Origin: a virus
Length of the DNA: 64,000 nucleotides
Virus record (IMG/VR): IMGVR_UViG_3300045988_059857
Span: 4,514-68,513 of that record
Strand: one strand, 5' to 3'
Shown here: one piece after another, positions 36,364 to 45,523 of the stretch
Numbering within the stretch: the stretch's first letter is position 1
How the letters are laid out: each line of letters starts with the position of its first letter
Notes under the pieces: model-generated
Told to the model about the DNA's origin: nothing
Databases searched by the model: none
What the model saw: the letters and a program-made list of their open reading frames with translations, nothing else
Program-made: the position numbers and the translations under genes

Positions 36364-36495
36364 ATGGATGCAAGTAAAATAACATTAAGTAGCTATATTG
36401 CATATCTCAAAGGTATGTATAAACGATATGGCAATATAAGTATTACACAACTAAAGCATATAGAAAGAAACAGAAAAAAGGAGGATAAGCGATGA
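36364..36495 (+). CDS. hypothetical small protein (43 aa), tentative
   Basis: My translation starts MDASKITLSSYIAYLKGMYKRYGN. Its stop overlaps the next start (ATGA). Confidence 0.4.
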   Translation: MDASKITLSSYIAYLKGMYKRYGNISITQLKHIERNRKKEDKR

Positions 36496-36857
36496 ACAAA
36501 GTAATACCGATAGACATCTATAACATTGATATGCTTTTCGTGGTAGGTGAAAAAGAAGAATTGAAGTCATCGCTGGAAGAGCATCTGAGCAATGATGATG
36601 CGAATAAAGCATATAACGAAATGTGGAAGGATATTGACGAAGGAAGTATTGGACGGTCAGCCTTACTTAGTAGTGGTCAGGTTGCTTTATGGGTTTCTGA
36701 TGCAAATGACAAAGGGACATTGGCACATGAGATATTCCATTGTGTGTGCTTCATAATGGAAAAGGTAGGCATCTGCCTATGCCACGAAAGTGATGAAGCC
36801 TATGCCTACCTAATTGGATTCATCACCAATAAGGTGAATGATGCACTTAAAGAGTAG
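36492..36857 (+). CDS. small HExxH protein (putative minimal Zn-metallopeptidase)
   Basis: The motif is GTLAHEIFHCVCFIMEKVG...HESDEAYAY. GGAGG lies at 36480-36484. Confidence 0.6.
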   Translation: MNKVIPIDIYNIDMLFVVGEKEELKSSLEEHLSNDDANKAYNEMWKDIDEGSIGRSALLSSGQVALWVSDANDKGTLAHEIFHCVCFIMEKVGICLCHESDEAYAYLIGFITNKVNDALKE

Positions 36858-36869
36858 GAGGATTAGAAT

Positions 36870-36983
36870 ATGAAGAAAAGAAAGATAAGCAAGTGGCGCA
36901 TTAAGCGTGGAGTAAACTTCCATGATGAAATGCGCAAAGGTAAGTATGGGTGGAATGAAGCCGCCCATCTAGGTTGGTTTTAA
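36870..36983 (+). CDS. hypothetical small basic protein (37 aa), tentative
   Basis: GGAGG at 36857-36861 precedes the ATG. The protein begins MKKRKISKWRIKRGVNFHDEMRKGKYGW. Confidence 0.4.
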   Translation: MKKRKISKWRIKRGVNFHDEMRKGKYGWNEAAHLGWF

Positions 36984-36994
36984 TTAATGAGAAT

Positions 36995-37321
36995 ATGGCA
37001 AAGATTATTTATTTAGGTACAAATGGTTGTTCCGGACACTACCCTATTGGTATTGATGAGTCTCTGAATGAGGACGAATACAAAAAATGGTGTGAATGTG
37101 ACAATGAAGCTTGGATAGACAATATCCGAAGTAATCCTGGTCGCCACTTGGTTAAACATCATGGAGAAGTTTACACCAACTATGGCGTTCCATTCTCGGT
37201 AGATGAAGACAGAGTTGGCGACCATACCGAATTATTTTGGAAAGGCATTCATACGGAAGAAGAAATCATAAACTTCATAAAGAGTAATCCGTTTTTATCA
37301 AAGCAATTTAATTTAAAGTAA
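36995..37321 (+). CDS. hypothetical protein
   Basis: The first ATG of the track ORF begins MAKIIYLGTNGCSGHYP. Confidence 0.6.
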   Translation: MAKIIYLGTNGCSGHYPIGIDESLNEDEYKKWCECDNEAWIDNIRSNPGRHLVKHHGEVYTNYGVPFSVDEDRVGDHTELFWKGIHTEEEIINFIKSNPFLSKQFNLK

Positions 37322-37322
37322 G

Positions 37323-37475
37323 ATGAGCAAAGAAAAAGCAATTGAAAACATAAAAGAAGCACTTAAATATACTGCAAAAACATCACTAATTGGAACTTCG
37401 CCAGCAGAAGTAGCATCTGCTGTTTCTTGGGCAGAAATTTTATTATTAAGAGCACTTAAAGAGTTGGAGGACTAG
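37323..37475 (+). CDS. hypothetical small protein (50 aa), tentative
   Basis: Tightly packed against its neighbours. The protein begins MSKEKAIENIKEALKY. Confidence 0.45.
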   Translation: MSKEKAIENIKEALKYTAKTSLIGTSPAEVASAVSWAEILLLRALKELED

Positions 37476-37478
37476 AAT

Positions 37479-37634
37479 ATGACAAAATTTAAGGTAGTTA
37501 GATATTGGGACACATATCCCGATAGAGTTGTGGCAACTTGTGATACACAGGAAGAGGCAGAAAAGATATGTAAAGAATATCTTAAAAAACGCAAGCCTAT
37601 GTACGACTATTTAGTCAGAAAGGAAAATGAGTAA
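37479..37634 (+). CDS. hypothetical small protein (51 aa), tentative
   Basis: GGAGG at 37466-37470 precedes the ATG. The protein begins MTKFKVVRYWDTYPDRVVATCDTQEEAEK. Confidence 0.5.
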   Translation: MTKFKVVRYWDTYPDRVVATCDTQEEAEKICKEYLKKRKPMYDYLVRKENE

Positions 37635-37801
37635 TGACTAGAGAAGAGTTGAGAAATAATTATGGTAATGAAATCTGTGAGTTATGCTGTCAAGAGTATT
37701 TTACTAACAGAGCATATCCTGAATCACTTTGTGAGGGTAAGTATTGTGAGGATGCAGAAGATAGTTTCGCAGATGAACATAATATAAAATTGGAGGATTG
37801 A
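37634..37801 (+). CDS. hypothetical small Cys-rich acidic protein (55 aa), tentative
   Basis: The start overlaps the upstream stop (TAATG). The protein begins MTREELRNNYGNEICELCCQEYF. Confidence 0.45.
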   Translation: MTREELRNNYGNEICELCCQEYFTNRAYPESLCEGKYCEDAEDSFADEHNIKLED

Positions 37802-37803
37802 GT

Positions 37804-38205
37804 ATGAATAGAGAAAGTGTTAAAAAGAATATGGATATTATCTCTGCCTTTGCAGAAGGTAAGGTCATTCAAGTTTTAAATGAAAGAGACAATTGGGTTG
37901 ACCTAACAGAAAGAGAAGGTTTACCAATGGGAACTTTGGAAGATGCACCTGATATGTTTCGCATCAAGCCAGAACCAAAGTGTCGCCCATTCAAGGACGC
38001 AGAAGAGTGCTGGAATGAAATGCGAAAGCATTATCCATTTGGGTGGGTGAAGCTGAAAGCTACTGGAAAATATTTTATTCAAAAAGCTGTAGGTGATTTC
38101 TTAGCTGTAGTTGGTATTGATGATAGACCAACTAGTTATGATAAATTATTCGAGGAATACACCTTTGCCGACGGAGTTTCGTTTGGCGTAAAAGTGGAGG
38201 AATAG
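37804..38205 (+). CDS. hypothetical protein
   Basis: GGAGG at 37792-37796 precedes the ATG at 37804. The protein begins MNRESVKKNMDII. Confidence 0.7.
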   Translation: MNRESVKKNMDIISAFAEGKVIQVLNERDNWVDLTEREGLPMGTLEDAPDMFRIKPEPKCRPFKDAEECWNEMRKHYPFGWVKLKATGKYFIQKAVGDFLAVVGIDDRPTSYDKLFEEYTFADGVSFGVKVEE

Positions 38206-38207
38206 TT

Positions 38208-38489
38208 ATGGTTAAACCTTACAGAATTAAACATAAGGCTAGTGGATTGTACTACCAGCCTGCAAGAAATCATAGTAATCTTTCCAATAATGGCAAGGTG
38301 TATATGACAAACAATTCACCATTACTAATAAATGATGGATATGATTATGTATCTATTAGTGTTAGAAAAGGCACGAAGGTACATAATATTTTAGAAAAGA
38401 TAATGCCCTTAAAAGGCGTAGAAGAATTCTTTGGAAAAGCAGTTTATTATCGTGTTCCAAAAACAGAATTTGAAAAAGAAGAATTATAG
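38208..38489 (+). CDS. hypothetical protein
   Basis: ORF of 93 aa. GGAGG lies at 38196-38200. Confidence 0.65.
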   Translation: MVKPYRIKHKASGLYYQPARNHSNLSNNGKVYMTNNSPLLINDGYDYVSISVRKGTKVHNILEKIMPLKGVEEFFGKAVYYRVPKTEFEKEEL

Positions 38490-38492
38490 CTT

Positions 38493-38882
38493 ATGGAAAT
38501 GAAAAAAATCAAGTTCAAAGCAAAGAGTATTTATAATGGCAAATGGGTCTATGGAGACTTATTGCATAAGTCTGATGGTATTCATATCTATATGGGGAAA
38601 GGTGAAAGTGAGCACATTATATGCCCTAGAGTTGACCCTTCTACGGTCTGTCAGTTTACAGGTGAGAAGGATATGAATGGAACAGAAATTTATATCGGTG
38701 ACATCATTTCCAACCTCGAAACTAGAAGTGCTATTGAGGTAGTATGGAATGACAGATTGAAAAGATTGGATTGCAAATTTATTAGTGGAGCAAATTCTCG
38801 TCTTGATGTTCCATTCGGAATATTTATATCAAGGCATAAGAGAATCATTGTATTAATATCGAAATTTGATAAGGAGGAGTAG
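38493..38882 (+). CDS. YopX-family protein
   Basis: The pattern is KFKAKSIYNGKWVYGDLL...VDPSTVCQFTGEKDMNGTEIYIGDII. Confidence 0.6.
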   Translation: MEMKKIKFKAKSIYNGKWVYGDLLHKSDGIHIYMGKGESEHIICPRVDPSTVCQFTGEKDMNGTEIYIGDIISNLETRSAIEVVWNDRLKRLDCKFISGANSRLDVPFGIFISRHKRIIVLISKFDKEE

Positions 38883-38885
38883 TGT

Positions 38886-39053
38886 ATGAAGAAAATAAGT
38901 TCTAGTTTCAAGTATCTTATAAGAAAATACGATTGGTGCTTTTATCTCATACCGACTTTAGTCGTATGGACTCCCAAAACCTACTTCTATGAAATTAGTA
39001 TAAACTTTTTGTTTTGGGAACTTAATGTTAGAATAAGAACTAAAAAGAAATAA
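38886..39053 (+). CDS. hypothetical small hydrophobic protein (55 aa), tentative
   Basis: AAGGAGG at 38871-38877 precedes the ATG. Confidence 0.45.
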   Translation: MKKISSSFKYLIRKYDWCFYLIPTLVVWTPKTYFYEISINFLFWELNVRIRTKKK

Positions 39054-39055
39054 TT

Positions 39056-39424
39056 ATGAATAAAACAGATTTACATTCATCATTACTCTTCCTAATGATA
39101 AAACTGGAAGAGGCGAAGAGCAACCCGATGCACGACAAAAACTTTGTTTCTGCATTGACGGAAGTGCTCAGATATTTCCGTGATAACGGAGAGTTGAAGA
39201 AAGCCTATGAGCTTCAAAAGGATTCATTGTCAGATATGGCTAATAGCCCTTGGGTGAAAGTACTAAAGGACTATACCTCCTCTATAAAGAAAGAAGACGG
39301 AATAGATGCAGAATTACCAGATATTGATGCCCTTATAAAAGAACTCTCTTCTGGCGAGTTCTTTGAAAAGAAAATAAAGGAAGTTCTTGGTGATGATGTA
39401 GCAGACAAAGAAAATAAAGAATAG
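39056..39424 (+). CDS. hypothetical protein
   Basis: ORF of 122 aa. Confidence 0.65.
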   Translation: MNKTDLHSSLLFLMIKLEEAKSNPMHDKNFVSALTEVLRYFRDNGELKKAYELQKDSLSDMANSPWVKVLKDYTSSIKKEDGIDAELPDIDALIKELSSGEFFEKKIKEVLGDDVADKENKE

Positions 39425-39427
39425 AAT

Positions 39428-39526
39428 ATGTCAGAAGTTATAGTTTTATCTTTAACCTTTATCTGTTATACGATTATGGGTTTTGTGTTAGGTTTCTTAG
39501 CAGGAAAGTACATTGGCAAAGAGTAG
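39428..39526 (+). CDS. single-TM peptide (32 aa), tentative
   Basis: My translation is MSEVIVLSLTFICYTIMGFVLGFLAGKYIGKE. Confidence 0.35.
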   Translation: MSEVIVLSLTFICYTIMGFVLGFLAGKYIGKE

Positions 39527-39531
39527 AAATT

Positions 39532-40107
39532 ATGAAAATAGAAATCAAAAGAGTAACGGACTGGCAGCGTGTAGTGGATGCTGCTCGGTTCACACAAGGT
39601 AAGGAGCCGCTAGGACATGAGCCTAGCGATGAGTTCAAGAAACAGATGATTCTCAGCGAGCATTCACCGCTCAGAGAATTGGAGTTCGATATTAAGATGT
39701 ATGGCATACCATACTGGGTGAGCAATCACTTTGTTCGCCATGTTCACGCACAGCCATTCGTCTCCACATCACGTCCAGATATTACTGGTTCAAAGGTATC
39801 TCGCCACGATATGCGTCAGGATGATTTGGTCAACTTGCAGCTATCCCTCAACGCTCAGGAGATAATCAATATCTCCAAACTTAGACTATGTAACAAGGCA
39901 TCAAAGGAGACAAGAGAGATATGGTATAAGGTACTTGACGAGTTAGCTTGTATAGAACCTTTGCTTGCATCCGCTTGTGTTCCTCAATGCGTATATAGAG
40001 GATTCTGCCCTGAGCCGAAATCATGCGGATGGAGTAATTCTTCATCCTATGGAATGCTCAGAAGAGCGTACGAAAAACTCAATTTATATCCATTAGAACG
40101 AGTATGA
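39532..40107 (+). CDS. hypothetical protein with weak ThyX-like motif (uncertain)
   Basis: The segment SEHSPLRELEFDIKMYGIPYWVSNHFVRHVHAQPFVSTS only partly matches the ThyX RHRxxxxxxxS signature, because the second Arg is absent. Confidence 0.65.
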   Translation: MKIEIKRVTDWQRVVDAARFTQGKEPLGHEPSDEFKKQMILSEHSPLRELEFDIKMYGIPYWVSNHFVRHVHAQPFVSTSRPDITGSKVSRHDMRQDDLVNLQLSLNAQEIINISKLRLCNKASKETREIWYKVLDELACIEPLLASACVPQCVYRGFCPEPKSCGWSNSSSYGMLRRAYEKLNLYPLERV

Positions 40108-40295
40108 AATATCCCAAATATAATCTCAACGAATATGTCGGTGGGCACTTCGAGTACACCACCCCCTGCCCATTCGGTATATACGGCAAGTACACAGGAG
40201 AAATCCTGATGGTTGGTAGCCTTGCTTGCCAGCGATGCGAACACTTCCGAGGAATCAACAAAGAAGATGGCATCGTATATTGTGGAATCGAATAA
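40104..40295 (+). CDS. small Cys-rich protein
   Basis: ORF of 63 aa with the Cys arrangement CP...CQRC...C. Confidence 0.55.
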   Translation: MKYPKYNLNEYVGGHFEYTTPCPFGIYGKYTGEILMVGSLACQRCEHFRGINKEDGIVYCGIE

Positions 40296-40349
40296 TAAAA
40301 AGAGTGCAGCCTATCTGCATTCTTCTTAATAATTTATCAAATTTAATAT

Positions 40350-40646
40350 ATGAATACAAAGAAAATCTCAATTATTCAGCGTATCAAGGAAAAATTCCTT
40401 GGCAAGCAGTTTTTTATTGCAGTTATCGCTAACAAGGGAACTAGTTCCTACTTCGTCAACTCCACCATCTACCGCTCAGAGAAGGAGGTGAAGGCTTACA
40501 AGAAGTACATCACCACAGATGAGCGTATGAAACAGAGCTTCGATTTCGTAGGCTATTATGGTTTCCGCTCCAAGTTCGACTTCCGTATTCCTCTTAGCGG
40601 AAAGCCAGTATCAGTAGAAGAGGCAAAGAAACTGGCAGAGAAGTAG
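40350..40646 (+). CDS. hypothetical protein
   Basis: ORF of 98 aa. Confidence 0.6.
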   Translation: MNTKKISIIQRIKEKFLGKQFFIAVIANKGTSSYFVNSTIYRSEKEVKAYKKYITTDERMKQSFDFVGYYGFRSKFDFRIPLSGKPVSVEEAKKLAEK

Positions 40647-40647
40647 T

Positions 40648-40923
40648 ATGGCTAAGATTAAAGACCTCACTGGGCAAAGGTTTGGCAGACTTGTTGTCTG
40701 CCGCCGTGCCCCTTCTGAAAAGGGAGCAAGAAACGGAGTATATTGGATATGCAAGTGTGATTGTGGCAGAGGAAAGAAAATCCTCAGTTCAGCCCTGCTC
40801 TCAGGATTCACACGCTCTTGCGGTTGTCTCCGTAGCGAGAATGCAAAGAGAACCGTCCGCCTGATGCAAGCCGTCAACAGGAAAAGACGTGAATCATTAA
40901 CAGATAAAGTAAGTATTACATAA
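40648..40923 (+). CDS. Zn-ribbon protein of the widespread LTGQRFGRL...CxCxCG...SCGC type
   Basis: The sequence is LTGQRFGRLVVCRRAP...YWICKCDCGRGKKILSSALLSGFTRSCGC. Confidence 0.6.
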   Translation: MAKIKDLTGQRFGRLVVCRRAPSEKGARNGVYWICKCDCGRGKKILSSALLSGFTRSCGCLRSENAKRTVRLMQAVNRKRRESLTDKVSIT

Positions 40924-40943
40924 ATTCATATTATATTTGCAAA

Positions 40944-41387
40944 ATGAAATTCAAGTATTTAATAGATAAAGTCAATGGTTTCCGACACCGCAACGATTTT
41001 GTGGTACTGGACGGAAGAGCCAACTCGGTAACACTCTCCAAGGGTATCTATGACCACATTATGCGCAAGGAACGTTTAGACACCTCTATCTTCGTATTCA
41101 GATTGTCCGAAAGAGGAACATACGGATTCTGTATGCGTGAGGACTGGGAAGACCTTCGCAAAGCCAACACCGCCTTCACTCAGCTTCAATTCAATCAGAA
41201 GTATAAGAAGGTAGGTTTCAGGAGCGACTACCCTTCCATCACCGCCATCCTTGATGAGTACAACCTTCCACTCAACAGAATGGTTCGCCTTACTTGCATC
41301 CCACGCAAGTCACAAAAAGGAGAACCTTATTACGAAATCATGCGACCAAACTCAAATTTAAGCACATGGCAGCAAGACAAGATGTAA
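40944..41387 (+). CDS. hypothetical protein
   Basis: ORF of 147 aa. Confidence 0.65.
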   Translation: MKFKYLIDKVNGFRHRNDFVVLDGRANSVTLSKGIYDHIMRKERLDTSIFVFRLSERGTYGFCMREDWEDLRKANTAFTQLQFNQKYKKVGFRSDYPSITAILDEYNLPLNRMVRLTCIPRKSQKGEPYYEIMRPNSNLSTWQQDKM

Positions 41388-43954
41388 TATTTCAAGGCTT
41401 GACACACTCACCATCCGACTATAATTGTCAGGATGGTGAGTTGGCAACCTGCCTCAACCTCATCAACGAGGATGGGGCACTCCACCCTATTCACCAGCCA
41501 GTGGTAGCTGAGCCGAACATCACGCTGGATGCAGGAGACACCATTGAACTGGTGCATAAGGTAATACACGATGAAGCGAGTCACTCCCACTACATCATCC
41601 GTAAATCAGATGATACTTGGTACTGGATGGAAAAAGGTGGAGACGGAACCAAGAACCCTATCGACTTGAACGGATTCCACGTTAATGCCGTCACAGCAGT
41701 AGGCAATATAGTTAATTTTGTTGGAGAAATATCTATCAAATACTTATATTGGATTGACGATAATTATCAGCTATTTGATAGAGATAACTTTAACTATGGA
41801 ATCAAAATCGGTTTTAAAGAATTTGATTATCAAGGTGGTTCAGCAGAAATCTCGCTAGGTGATGAATTTTGGGACTATGTTACTTATGAAAGCAGTTCTT
41901 CTGGTAGAAAGATAACTGGAATGAATGTAAACCAAGTCTCAAAAGTTTTCAACATGTTTGACGCTGTAATTAATAAGACTTTGTCCGACAAAGGAAAACA
42001 ATGGCAAAAGTATTTTGTGTTTGGAGTAGCAGCCATCAGATTATACGATGGAACTTACTACAGCATTTCCAATATTTTTAAACTTGACTGGAATAGTGCA
42101 ACTTTAGCTTCTGTTAGTGTTGACCCTTATAACAAGAGATTTTGGTCGATTGGACCAGCAATAGCAACTTGGACTATTAGCGCAAACATAGATAACCTTG
42201 ATAAAATATCAAATCTTATACAAGGCATTGATATTTTTTTAAGCAAAGCCGAATCATTCGTTAATTTAGAATCAGCAGCAGCCAAATACGTTGTACCTGA
42301 ACTAAATGATAAAGACCAAGGTGAAATGTTTTTCACAATGATGTCAGGAAAGGAAGCAGCAAATGCTATAGATTCCCTATCATTCTATCATTCACTATTT
42401 ATCAGTAAAGACGAAATTGGCAAAGAACTTCAACTCAAAAGAGTTGAGGGAACGGAAGAGTCTTTATCTTTGGCTAACCTATACCGTTCTGATTTAGGAG
42501 GTAAATGTGCGATTACATACAATAATAGACTTCATGTGGGGAATGTAAAAGAAGGATATAATGTTGATTTGATAAGTAATATCACTCCAGCATTATCAAA
42601 CTTATCAAACGATGCACAATTAAATACAGAAGGAATAGTTAGAGTGAAAGCATCAAACAAAGAATTTTGGTGCAAGGTTGATGATTTAGGTGCAAGACTA
42701 TATTACTTTGTATGTGTACCAATCTTAAATGTATCTGAAATCACATTCTATAAAAAGACTGGAACTTCTGTGTTTGAGAAATCTACGGTAAACTTGCATT
42801 CTTCCGAAACTACAGCATTCTCTTTTTACGTAGAAGGAGAAGGAAAGGAAAACGTACCGCAATTTGCTTTACCATGGGAAACCTCATCAGAAGAGGAATG
42901 GAACAATATTGTAAGCAAGTACGAAAACTATAAAACAAACACAAATGCACTTCCATATTCTTCTGTTGTGAAAGTAAGCGAAGCTGAGAATCCTCTAATC
43001 TTCCCTGCAAAGAATAGTGTTCAGGTTGGTTCTTCTATCATAAATACACTTGCCGCTAACACTAGACCAATAAGCGAAGGTCAATTTGGTGATGCTCCTC
43101 TATACGCTTTTACCGATGAAGGTGTATGGGTATTGATGCTTGGAGAAGAAGGAACCTATATTGCCCGACAGCCAGCCAATAGAGATATTTGCTCCAACCC
43201 GAAGGGTATCTTGCAGATTGATGATGCCGTTCTATTCCCTACAGAACGAGGAATCATGATGCAGAGAGGACGAGAATCTGAGTGCATTACCGATGTATTG
43301 GATGATTATCCTTTCTATTTTCCCTCTATTTACTCACATTCAACAAAGGATAAGACCTATCCGAACAAACTCCTTGCACTAGGTAAAATTCCTGAGTCTG
43401 ATGTAAAGTATGTCCATTTCCGTAAGTATATCGAAGAAGCAGATATGATTTACGACTATTATGATAGTCGTATCATCGTCTTTAACCCGAACTATACTTA
43501 TGCTTACGTTTACTCTTTGAAAAGCAAGATGTGGGGAGCCATGCACAATGTCTTCAACAAGCGAGTAAATATATATCCTGAGTCATACGCTACAGACAAA
43601 GCAGGAAACATACTTGATGTGTACGTAAAGGAACCTATAGATAATGTTCCATTCTTCCTTTGCAGCCGACCTTTAACGCTTGGACAAGATGCTTATAAGA
43701 CCATGTTTGATTGTATCACAAGAGGATATTTCAGAATCATTCAGGAAGGAAAGTGTGGAACGGTTCTATTTGGAAGTAATGATTTATCTAATTGGTATTA
43801 CGTTGGTTCGTCTACAAATATGTATCTCAGAAATCTTGTAGGTTCCCCATACAAATATTTCAGGGTCGTGTTCATGGGTAACCTTGCCCCAAACGAATCT
43901 ATCAGCGCACTATCTACAGAGTTCCAATCAAGATTACAAAATAAACTCAGATAA
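41366..43954 (+). CDS. large protein of unknown function (862 aa), possibly virion-associated
   Basis: A long, clean ORF starting at the first ATG (41366). I recognise no enzymatic motif. The composition looks beta-rich. Confidence 0.8.
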   Translation: MAARQDVIFQGLTHSPSDYNCQDGELATCLNLINEDGALHPIHQPVVAEPNITLDAGDTIELVHKVIHDEASHSHYIIRKSDDTWYWMEKGGDGTKNPIDLNGFHVNAVTAVGNIVNFVGEISIKYLYWIDDNYQLFDRDNFNYGIKIGFKEFDYQGGSAEISLGDEFWDYVTYESSSSGRKITGMNVNQVSKVFNMFDAVINKTLSDKGKQWQKYFVFGVAAIRLYDGTYYSISNIFKLDWNSATLASVSVDPYNKRFWSIGPAIATWTISANIDNLDKISNLIQGIDIFLSKAESFVNLESAAAKYVVPELNDKDQGEMFFTMMSGKEAANAIDSLSFYHSLFISKDEIGKELQLKRVEGTEESLSLANLYRSDLGGKCAITYNNRLHVGNVKEGYNVDLISNITPALSNLSNDAQLNTEGIVRVKASNKEFWCKVDDLGARLYYFVCVPILNVSEITFYKKTGTSVFEKSTVNLHSSETTAFSFYVEGEGKENVPQFALPWETSSEEEWNNIVSKYENYKTNTNALPYSSVVKVSEAENPLIFPAKNSVQVGSSIINTLAANTRPISEGQFGDAPLYAFTDEGVWVLMLGEEGTYIARQPANRDICSNPKGILQIDDAVLFPTERGIMMQRGRESECITDVLDDYPFYFPSIYSHSTKDKTYPNKLLALGKIPESDVKYVHFRKYIEEADMIYDYYDSRIIVFNPNYTYAYVYSLKSKMWGAMHNVFNKRVNIYPESYATDKAGNILDVYVKEPIDNVPFFLCSRPLTLGQDAYKTMFDCITRGYFRIIQEGKCGTVLFGSNDLSNWYYVGSSTNMYLRNLVGSPYKYFRVVFMGNLAPNESISALSTEFQSRLQNKLR

Positions 43955-43956
43955 TT

Positions 43957-44853
43957 ATGGCAGAATATACATTATTAGCTTTTGATTCACAGCGTGCACG
44001 AAATGGAGCATCCGTAGGCTATATGGATGCCAACAACAAAGTGCATATAGCTACAGAAATAAAGTTCTATGAAATAAGAAGGTCAGACTACTTCGGCTAC
44101 ATCATGTTAGACGGAAAGCAATATGAGTTTTTAGCAAATGGCTATTTTTATGTAAATGGAGATAAGCAGTTGCTAAAGATAGTAGAATCCTCTATCACAA
44201 AGACAACTGGAACGAAACTTGTCAGAGAAACTTCTTCCGATGGAACATCAAACGCTCGCCCATTCCCTAGAAATGGAATAGCAACCACATCAGAAACAGG
44301 TGGAACAGAGGAAAGTGACAAAACAGAGGAAATCTTCTCAATCGCTACCCTACAGCCTAGAGAAGAAGTAGCAGCAAGTTGCTTGCAGTCTATGCTCCAG
44401 CGGTATACGAATCCGCTCAATATAGACAACACCAAGATTAAGCAACTTGTAAGCAAGTCATTCTTGTTTGCTCAGGAGTTCATCAATCAGGCAGTTCTCT
44501 ATCGTGAGAAGGAGACAACATCGGCAACCGTTGAGAGCAACAAGTACGCATCGGTTGATTCCGATTCTCTCAGCAGCGACACCGATAAACTGCTCTACAA
44601 CATATCTACAGCCATCACGAACTTTATTTCTCAGGATAAGAACCAGTATGCAGACCAGCAGAAGAACGGATTGAAGCTGGCTGCTACAGACGTTAACGTC
44701 AAGACTCTACCTGAGTCTGTCAAGACGGTTGTCAGTGGAAACATTGATGCTGCTGTCACTGGCTCAGTCAGTGCATCGGTAAGCGGCTCTGTTAATGCTA
44801 CTGTCAGCGGTTCCGTTACAACCAAGCAGGAATCCACATCTAGTGGAACATAA
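43957..44853 (+). CDS. hypothetical protein with Ser/Gly/Val-repeat C-terminus
   Basis: ORF of 298 aa with the repeat SGSVSASVSGSVNATVSGSV. Confidence 0.75.
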   Translation: MAEYTLLAFDSQRARNGASVGYMDANNKVHIATEIKFYEIRRSDYFGYIMLDGKQYEFLANGYFYVNGDKQLLKIVESSITKTTGTKLVRETSSDGTSNARPFPRNGIATTSETGGTEESDKTEEIFSIATLQPREEVAASCLQSMLQRYTNPLNIDNTKIKQLVSKSFLFAQEFINQAVLYREKETTSATVESNKYASVDSDSLSSDTDKLLYNISTAITNFISQDKNQYADQQKNGLKLAATDVNVKTLPESVKTVVSGNIDAAVTGSVSASVSGSVNATVSGSVTTKQESTSSGT

Positions 44854-44891
44854 AATTAGAAAAATGTAATTTATTGTCATTTAATACAATA

Positions 44892-44924
44892 AAGGGTAGC
44901 CGTCCGTGATGGATAGCTACCCTT
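44892..44924. terminator. hairpin between convergent transcription units
   Basis: A 9-bp stem (aagggtagc/gctaccctt) with a 15-nt loop. Confidence 0.55.
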
Positions 44925-44954
44925 GCTTTATCTTAGTCTTAAACGACTAATACA

Positions 44955-45509
44955 TTAAAATGGATGCAATGCTATTCTTGCTCTTCCAGCCGAGCGATTG
45001 CTGGCATCCTTAATCTTCTGTTTATTTTCATCGGCAAGTTCCCATAACCTATCAGCACCGTCAGGATATACAAGCATCAACCATTCGTATAAGCAATAAT
45101 ATACAATATAGTTATGGATATATACCATCATGGTATGCACGCTTGTTTTCGAGAATCCACTTGGCATTCTCATGGCTAGATAATAGGCATCCTCATCATT
45201 TGTCGGGGAACCTACGCATTCTTCCCACTCATTGGAATCAAAGCCACCTCCAAGCATTTCCATCTTGGTATATCGGAAAAGCATTTCCTTGCAGTCTTCT
45301 ACCGCTGAGTCAAGAATCCTAGCCAATTTATCCCGATTACAATCCTCGCCCACATCATATACATTATGTATCAGGTGTAGGTCTTCTACAGAACTGGAGA
45401 TGGAATCAGCATAGACATAAGCCGTATTTTTGATGTCAAACACCAGTTCCTTCTTCTGAAGCTCTATCATTACCTTGTAACCAAGATTACATGTTCTGCA
45501 TTCTTTCAT
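44955..45509 (-). CDS. hypothetical protein (connector/neck-size)
   Basis: I take the ATG at 45507-45509 as the start. It is preceded by AAGGAGGTG. The track start is a GTG two codons upstream. Confidence 0.7.
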   Translation of the reverse strand: MKECRTCNLGYKVMIELQKKELVFDIKNTAYVYADSISSSVEDLHLIHNVYDVGEDCNRDKLARILDSAVEDCKEMLFRYTKMEMLGGGFDSNEWEECVGSPTNDEDAYYLAMRMPSGFSKTSVHTMMVYIHNYIVYYCLYEWLMLVYPDGADRLWELADENKQKIKDASNRSAGRARIALHPF

Positions 45510-45523
45510 ACTCACCTCCTTCC

